From Chromera velia (Eukaryota): 54,050 nt of DNA. The stretch is from NCBI GenBank assembly GCA_018398765.1, contig JAHBMJ010000219.1, positions 1 to 54,050 on the forward strand. Reading direction: 5' to 3'. The position numbers and the translations under genes were made by a program. The notes beneath the pieces are model-generated. The model saw only the letters and a program-made list of their open reading frames with translations. It had not been told where the DNA came from and made no database searches. Below are positions 47,779 through 54,050 of this stretch, in pieces. Position 1 is the stretch's first letter. Each line of letters starts with the position of its first letter.

Positions 47779-48489
47779 TTAGTGCAGAGTGGGCAAGCCG
47801 CCTTCTCCCGGTTTTTGAGCAGCCACGGTGAGGGCCTTCTTGGCACCTCTGGTGAGGACCTGTCCCTCTTTGAACTTCGAGAACGCCTCTCCCTGATCCG
47901 ATGACAGTGCCTCTTGCAGCTCTGCCCAGCGGACAGATCTGACATCGGGGGAGAAGACGTCGTAAGCCGCAATCTTCTCTGAGGTTCCTGCTGTTGAGTT
48001 CACGTCTGGATTCTCCTTCTCAAGCTGCGCAAACTCCTGTGTCTGTTGTCGTTGGGCTCTAACATTCCTGTGGATAAAACTTCGAAGGTTCTCTGCTGCT
48101 GTGGGGTCGAGAGAATCCTGTGTGCCTGAGCGGGCAAATCCAATCACAGGCACAGGTCTGCTCACATTGGCTCCTCCCTCACCCTCTCCCTCGAAAACTT
48201 TGGATGCAATATCATCGGGAGATGCAGCAATTGTCGCCCTGAACTTGCTCTTACTTCCCCGTACGGCTGCTGGTGCTGTCTTGGACAACTCTTTTGCTGC
48301 TGATTGGATATTAACTGGACTTCCCTCTGCTGCAGCTGCTCCAGCAGTCGGTTCGCCTCCCTGAACATCTACCTCTCCCGATGGTACCGCCCCTGTGTAT
48401 TCAGGCGGATGGCCAGGAGCCTCTACACCACCACGCACTTCTGGCAAGGTCTCGGGACCGCCAGTTCCTTTATGACACCGGTTGCCCAT
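47779..48489 (-). CDS. Hypothetical 236-aa protein with N-terminal MGNRC (candidate myristoylation plus palmitoylation)
   Basis: Open frame from ATG 48489 to TAA 47779 with protein-like composition: a disordered G/A/P/E-rich N-half and a helical C-half. No domain recognised. Additional 3' exons cannot be excluded. Confidence 0.65.
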   Translation of the reverse strand: MGNRCHKGTGGPETLPEVRGGVEAPGHPPEYTGAVPSGEVDVQGGEPTAGAAAAEGSPVNIQSAAKELSKTAPAAVRGSKSKFRATIAASPDDIASKVFEGEGEGGANVSRPVPVIGFARSGTQDSLDPTAAENLRSFIHRNVRAQRQQTQEFAQLEKENPDVNSTAGTSEKIAAYDVFSPDVRSVRWAELQEALSSDQGEAFSKFKEGQVLTRGAKKALTVAAQKPGEGGLPTLH

Positions 48490-48745
48490 TTTTCGGAACA
48501 ACAGGCCGAAAGCCCTTGCCTCCTTCTGGCAACAGCAAAAAACGATGGCGAGCGACGAACACGACTTTTTCCTTTGACAGCTTCCCAACGAACGGGCGTT
48601 CCTTCGATAGCTTTTCGCAAACTCATGTACTGTACTGTCTCACAGAGGTGACAAGCTGACAAGTCGCGGTGACATCCGGATCACTCCTTTTATTGCATGC
48701 ATGGACCTTCGATTTTGAAGGAATCTTGATCGGATTGGGCGAGAG

Positions 48746-48769
48746 AGTGGCTAAAGCTTTTTAGCCACT
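48746..48769. promoter_or_regulatory. Perfect 10-bp inverted repeat AGTGGCTAAA-GCTT-TTTAGCCACT in a divergent promoter
   Basis: Directly visible, extendable by GGGCG (48737) / TGCCC (48774). Function unknown. Confidence 0.35.
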
Positions 48770-49066
48770 TGCCCGCGAGCGGAAAAAACGAAGCGCACCA
48801 TTCCATTCAGCCTCGTGGAGCGCTTCGCGCGCTCAACACGTGACGCTGTCAATTCAGCGTGCCGCGCGGCCCTGCATGCGGGGGTCCGACCATGCACGTT
48901 ACTAGCCGTCTACGCTGAAAATCAGACTGAGATAGGCCAAGAAAGTCTGAGGGACAGTGTATCGGACGAGGAATTGAGCAAAGTTCAACAATGAGAAGTA
49001 GGCCAATGGTGCGATCAGAACGATCTTCAAGCTTGACACCGCGGAACTCGCACTCCGGAGCCCAAA

Positions 49067-50777
49067 ATGGCACCGGCGGCACTCTCATGCTCTCTTGTGT
49101 TGTCCGTCTCCTTTTCCTGTCTCCTCTTTCACTCTTCTAGTGGGTTTGAGGTGTCTGTCCTGCCGTCCGCAGGGCCTCTGAGAAGACTCAAACGTGATGC
49201 TTTGGTTACCTCCGAAGAGGAGTCTTCCTTGGTAAGCCCACTTTTACCACAGGCAGAAGCCAGAAGCATCTCTCGTCTCTTCCATGTCTCCTCCCCATCT
49301 CGCTCAAAAGCAGAAGAGCGACCTCCCCCCCCCCACACTCCCGATGAGGCTCATACCGAGGCCCCATGGAGATTCAGGGAGTCGAGACAGTCCCATAGCG
49401 ATCGATTGACCTCCCGTCGGAGCCGTCTGATCGGATCCATTGCGGGGGCGTCACTCGCACTCGGCCTCGGCCCGCAGATTGCTGCGGCGGCGGCCGGTGC
49501 ACCGGGACCCACGGCACCTGTCGAGCTCTCTCAGGGGACTTCTTCTTTTGTTGGCGCGGGTGCGGCGGGTGTGTCCGTGGGAACGGGTGTCGAGACTTCT
49601 GCTGCTTCTGTGGTGAATACCGCAGCAAACCTTAACGCTCAGGCGGAAGTACTGAGCAGCTCGTCAAGCCTGCTTGCAGCCGCTTCATTGCCCTCAGCGG
49701 CCACAGCCGGGGGGGCTTCGGATGAGTTTCTGTCGGGTCTTCTCTCGGGTGCCGCCTCCCGCATTGCGAAGGAGGTTGTGCTGCACCCGATTGACACGGT
49801 GAAAGCAAGGCTCCAATTTCGAGAGGGAGCGCGGGTCTTCTCTCCCTGTGAGTGAGACACTTCAGTTTTTTTGTCTGTTCTTTGGACAAGCAGTTATTGT
49901 TTTTCGCCAACAACTTTCAGGACAGTGCGTGTGTCACTGTTGCACAAGCCGCTCTGCTTTCTTTGCGGTCACATAAGCGCTTGCCCTCAGGAAGTTTCGG
50001 ATAGCGTCCGCGTGGACATAAGAAAGAATGGTTTCATATGATGTCAGCATACACTATGAAAGTATCCTGATAAGAGTCGTCCTCCCCCCCGATATGTGTC
50101 CGTGTGTGTTCTGCCAACAAGGTTTTGAGTTTTCTGCCCCATTTCTTCTCCTTCCCGTTTGGATCAGTCCCCACCCCACATTCGCTCATTGTGTAGGACT
50201 CCGCTCCTGCGCTCTGAAAGTGTCTTTGGATGAGGCGGTACTCGGTGTGATTGTGGGTGTTTGCTTCAAATTCTGTTTTTCTTAAATGAGAACGGACACC
50301 CTGCAGCGATGTTGAAGGGCCTGTACGACGGTGTGGTTCCTGCGTTGGTTGTGGGGACTCCAGCGGGGTCTCTGTTTTTTGGTGTGAAGGACGTGGCTTC
50401 GAAGACCGCACTTGAAGTGGTCAGTCGACCAGAGAAAGGTACTAGAAAGTGGGTAGATGTTTGTTGATACGTTCATGTGAAAGGCTCGCGACTTTCCTGG
50501 CATATTTTGATTCCAGAATGCTGAAAGCGTGTGCGCCTCCCTCAAACAAGGTGCCTTCCTTTCAGAACTAAGAAGTGACTCTCACATACCCCCTGCTTCA
50601 GTCACATTTGAGAAAGTTGTCTTCCCTTTTCTCTCTTGACGTCTCACAGCTGAAGGCGAAGGGAATCGAGGGGCTGACAGGCACGCAGCTGAGCACCATT
50701 GCCGGGGTCGTTGCGGCCTCCATTCCGTACTGGGCTGTGCGTCAGCCTGCAGAGGTCCGCCCGTCAGTTCAGTGGCC

Positions 50778-50856
<79 letters not shown>

Positions 50857-52296
50857 GTGTAGGAAGGGAAATATACATTTGTTGGCGCTCAAGCGGGTCG
50901 CTCGCTTCATTTCCTTCCTGGCGTCTGTCTCTTTTTACTTATTAGTTTATGCACAGTACCATGGAGGCACAGCTTCCTTCCGCACGATTCATCATCCATC
51001 CCCCTCTAGCTGTGTTGGAGCACTAGTCGGGTAAAGGATGGATCGAAGAGCTGCTTTCCGACTTTAAAAACACTACAGATAGATAAACGTTCTCTTTCCA
51101 GGGCCTTGTTGCTGAGTACAACTTCCGTCCTCGTGAAAAAGAGCACGGCATGACTCCTTTCTCTTTTCTGTGAAAGCCTTTCGCTGAGCGTTTCATGCAG
51201 ATGTCCGACTAAAAGATGACATCAGCGGGCTAGGCTCTCGTCTGATCCGCCCTGGAATCCTTCTGTAGAAGAGCGTTTTCTTTCACAACTTGAAATGCTT
51301 GTTGTGACCCTTCTTTCCATGACATACGCAGCTGGTGAAGACGAGGAGACAAACGGGAGTCGCAACGGACAGCGTGAAGGCTTTCCAAGAAGTTGTGGAG
51401 GATGATGGCATAGGTGGGTATTTGGGTGGGTTGGTCCAATCATTTTGCTTTGACTTTTCCCTTCTGTGCACTAGCGTCTGCACACGTCTGAAGTCCGTAT
51501 GAGGAATGGGGGCCAGAAAGAGCTAGAACCAGTCTCACGTAGAGGTTGTGTGTGAAGAAGATAATTCTTGTTCCTGCCTGGTTTGTTGCATCAATCGTTG
51601 ATACACAATGCTGGTCTCCTACTGCGACACCCAAAAACTTCTATCAATGCGAACGCAGATATGCTCCTTTTTTGGGTTCTCAAAATGTCTTATAGAGCAA
51701 TACTGATATGCATGAGCCAGCAGGACTTCACTCATGTTTTTTTCAACCCACTTTTCCCGTCCGTAGGTGGACTCTACCAGGGCTACGGGTCCAATTTCGC
51801 CTATGCGGTGCCGACAGACATCGTCAAGTTCTTGGTTTACGACAACGTCAAGAGACAGTGGCAACAGGCGAAGAGGCAACGGGGAGAGAAGGACAAATTG
51901 TCTACACTAGAGGGAGCCATCGGGGGGGCAGCTGCGTCGTGTGTAGCACAGGTAGGGCGGGGAAGTAATTGTGCTGTGAGGAATCTCTGTCACACATTCG
52001 TCTCCATTCACGATGCGGTTGGGGCACACATGCAGCTGAGACCGGTCTTTGGTCTATGTGTGGCTGCATGATATAGAATAAGCTCCGCACGAACAGACAC
52101 TGGAAGTTTCTTGCTGGCATTCGTTCTGTGCAATTTGAGTAGAGAATGGACTCGTACTTACTGTACGTTTTCTGTGATTATTTTTCTTTGACACGTGCTG
52201 CCCCCCCCCCCCCCNNNNNNNNNNNNNNNNNNNNNNNNNNNNNNNNNNNNNNNNNNNNNNNNNNNNNNNNNNNNNNNNNNNNNNNNNNNNNCCCCC

Positions 52297-52337
<41 letters not shown>

Positions 52338-52640
52338 TCCCTCTCTGCAGATTGTTTCCACGCCTCTCGATGTGATCAGAACGCGTCTGATGACGTCAGA
52401 AAAAAAGAGAAAGGGGAGGTTGACAGCAGAAGAGGGACAAGGAGAAGAAGAAGAAGAAGAGGAACAAAGGGAGTATGAAGGGATCCTGGATTGTGGTCGG
52501 AAGATTGTGGAGGTCTGCAAGCGCCTTTCTGCCCTGCTCTTTGTCTGCTTCACCCCCCTCCCCCCTTCCCCTCCCTGGCAACCTCCGCCCACTGCTTTTC
52601 TCACAAACATACGCGTGTGTGATATGAGCATACTCCATCC

Positions 52641-52679
<39 letters not shown>

Positions 52680-52722
52680 CGTGTGTGCGTGCCTGCGCGC
52701 GTGAATATGTGTGTGTGTATGT

Positions 52723-52759
<37 letters not shown>

Positions 52760-53394
52760 CCTGCCTATGTAGCAGTCTGTCCACTTGGCTGTATCTGTTT
52801 CTTTCAGGCTGCCTCCTCTTTTCTGTTTTTGTCCTTTCAATATCTTTCCGCCTTTTTTCCTGAACCTCCTCGTTCCCGCCCCGTCACTACAACCCCTTTT
52901 GCCGAGACACGCACCCATTCTTGGAAGCCGTATACCTGCTCTCTGCCGCATCTTGTTCTCGTTTTCTCCTCGTACTGACCCTGCCGGAGTCTCTGCGCCT
53001 CTCTCCATGCTTGCGGGATTTCACCCACCTGCCCCTCCAAGACCTGATGTACGCCAGAAGCAAACAGCAAAAACAGACGACACGAGAATGGTGGTAATCA
53101 AAAGACCTTTCACATAGAGAACGGAAGGACAAGTACACGCTGTCCGGTTCTTTGACGCTTTTTGGTACCTTTTTTGTTGCAACGAGAACCAACTGGTGTT
53201 CACAGAGATTTCAGAAAAAGTACCGCTAGCTTTGTATGTGCTGCTTGCAGCGTGAGGGTGCCGGCATGCTCTTTGCCGGGATCTCTCCTCGAATTGCAAG
53301 GGCGGTGGTGAGCGGAGCAATTCAGTTCTCAACCTACGAGCTGGTGAAGAATCTCTTTGGCGAAGAAGCCGCCAAGAAACTCAAAAAGGGATGA
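49067..53394 (+). CDS. Mitochondrial carrier family (SLC25) protein, SAM-carrier-like, with a long bipartite plastid-type leader; 7 exons
   Basis: Exons 49067-49847, 50307-50419, 50650-50754, 51332-51413, 51767-51951, 52351-52512 and 53251-53394, all phase-compatible. Three Px[DE]xx[KR]xR signatures: PIDTVKARLQ, PAELVKTRRQ and PLDVIRTRLM. Linker motifs GLYDG, GLYQG and GMLFAGISPR. Substrate specificity is an inference. Confidence 0.93.
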
Positions 53395-54050
53395 GTATCA
53401 AATAAACACTAGACAAAACGTTTGTGAGCAAAGCAGCCGATTGTAACAGTGTGTACTGAGCCCGGCCCAGTGAGCCAAAATTAAAGCTAAAAAATAAATT
53501 TTACAATGATTCTTTCACTACGCCTTTCATGACTAGTTTCATCATCAAATTTTCTGCATACGGAAATAGGTGTTGCGTTTTTACACATTTTTTCGTTTTT
53601 GAGTTGAAAAGCGTTTAAATTATATCCCACTGCTGGCACTGCGGTAGCAGTCTGGTTGTACAATAACTTATACAGTGTATGGGACTAGTACTACTGACTA
53701 TAACTGACAAGAAGTTAGTACAAATCAAAATACTTTTTAATCGCTGTCAATTCAGTTACTATGAATTTTATTATCATCATCATCATACGCCATCGTTGTC
53801 TGCCTAGACTAGTGGCCTAGCCTTCGAGGCTTCCAACGTTTGACAAGAAACAAGCTCGGCAGCCCTCCCCCAAAGGAGAAAGCACACGCAAAAACATGAC
53901 AAATGACCCCCAGCGGCTTAAAAAGGGCTTGTCCTGAACTATAAAAAAAGGTCGGACTAAACGCTGGTCTGTAGGATTAAAAGATGGCTGGGAGGAGCCA
54001 AGTTACCCACCTTCTGTTGAGCCGCCATGCCTGAAGTGCCCGCCTCCATG

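Overview
Eukaryotic nuclear DNA with GT-AG introns full of microsatellites and several N gaps. The gene style (many tiny exons, TGCATGCA-rich promoters, a signal-peptide-plus-Phe leader) suggests a chromerid alveolate such as Chromera; this is inference. I traced seven protein genes by hand. (1) A large minus-strand DDB1/SF3B3/CPSF160-type beta-propeller gene, truncated at the left edge. (2) A 6-exon MND1 with a 10-nt microexon. (3) An intronless, bacterial-looking GNAT acetyltransferase. (4) An intronless 4-TM protein that resembles the animal myelin proteolipid/M6 family. (5) A 22.8-kb coiled-coil gene of about 59 exons, built from alternating 64-nt and 56-nt exons that encode a 40-residue repeat, ending in two EF-hands. 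(6) A small, putatively dual-acylated protein. (7) A mitochondrial-carrier-family gene with a plastid-type leader. Two long foldback (MITE-like) elements lie in AT-rich intergenic DNA. Most ORFs in the supplied track are intron or antisense artefacts. No rRNA, tRNA or CRISPR array was recognised.
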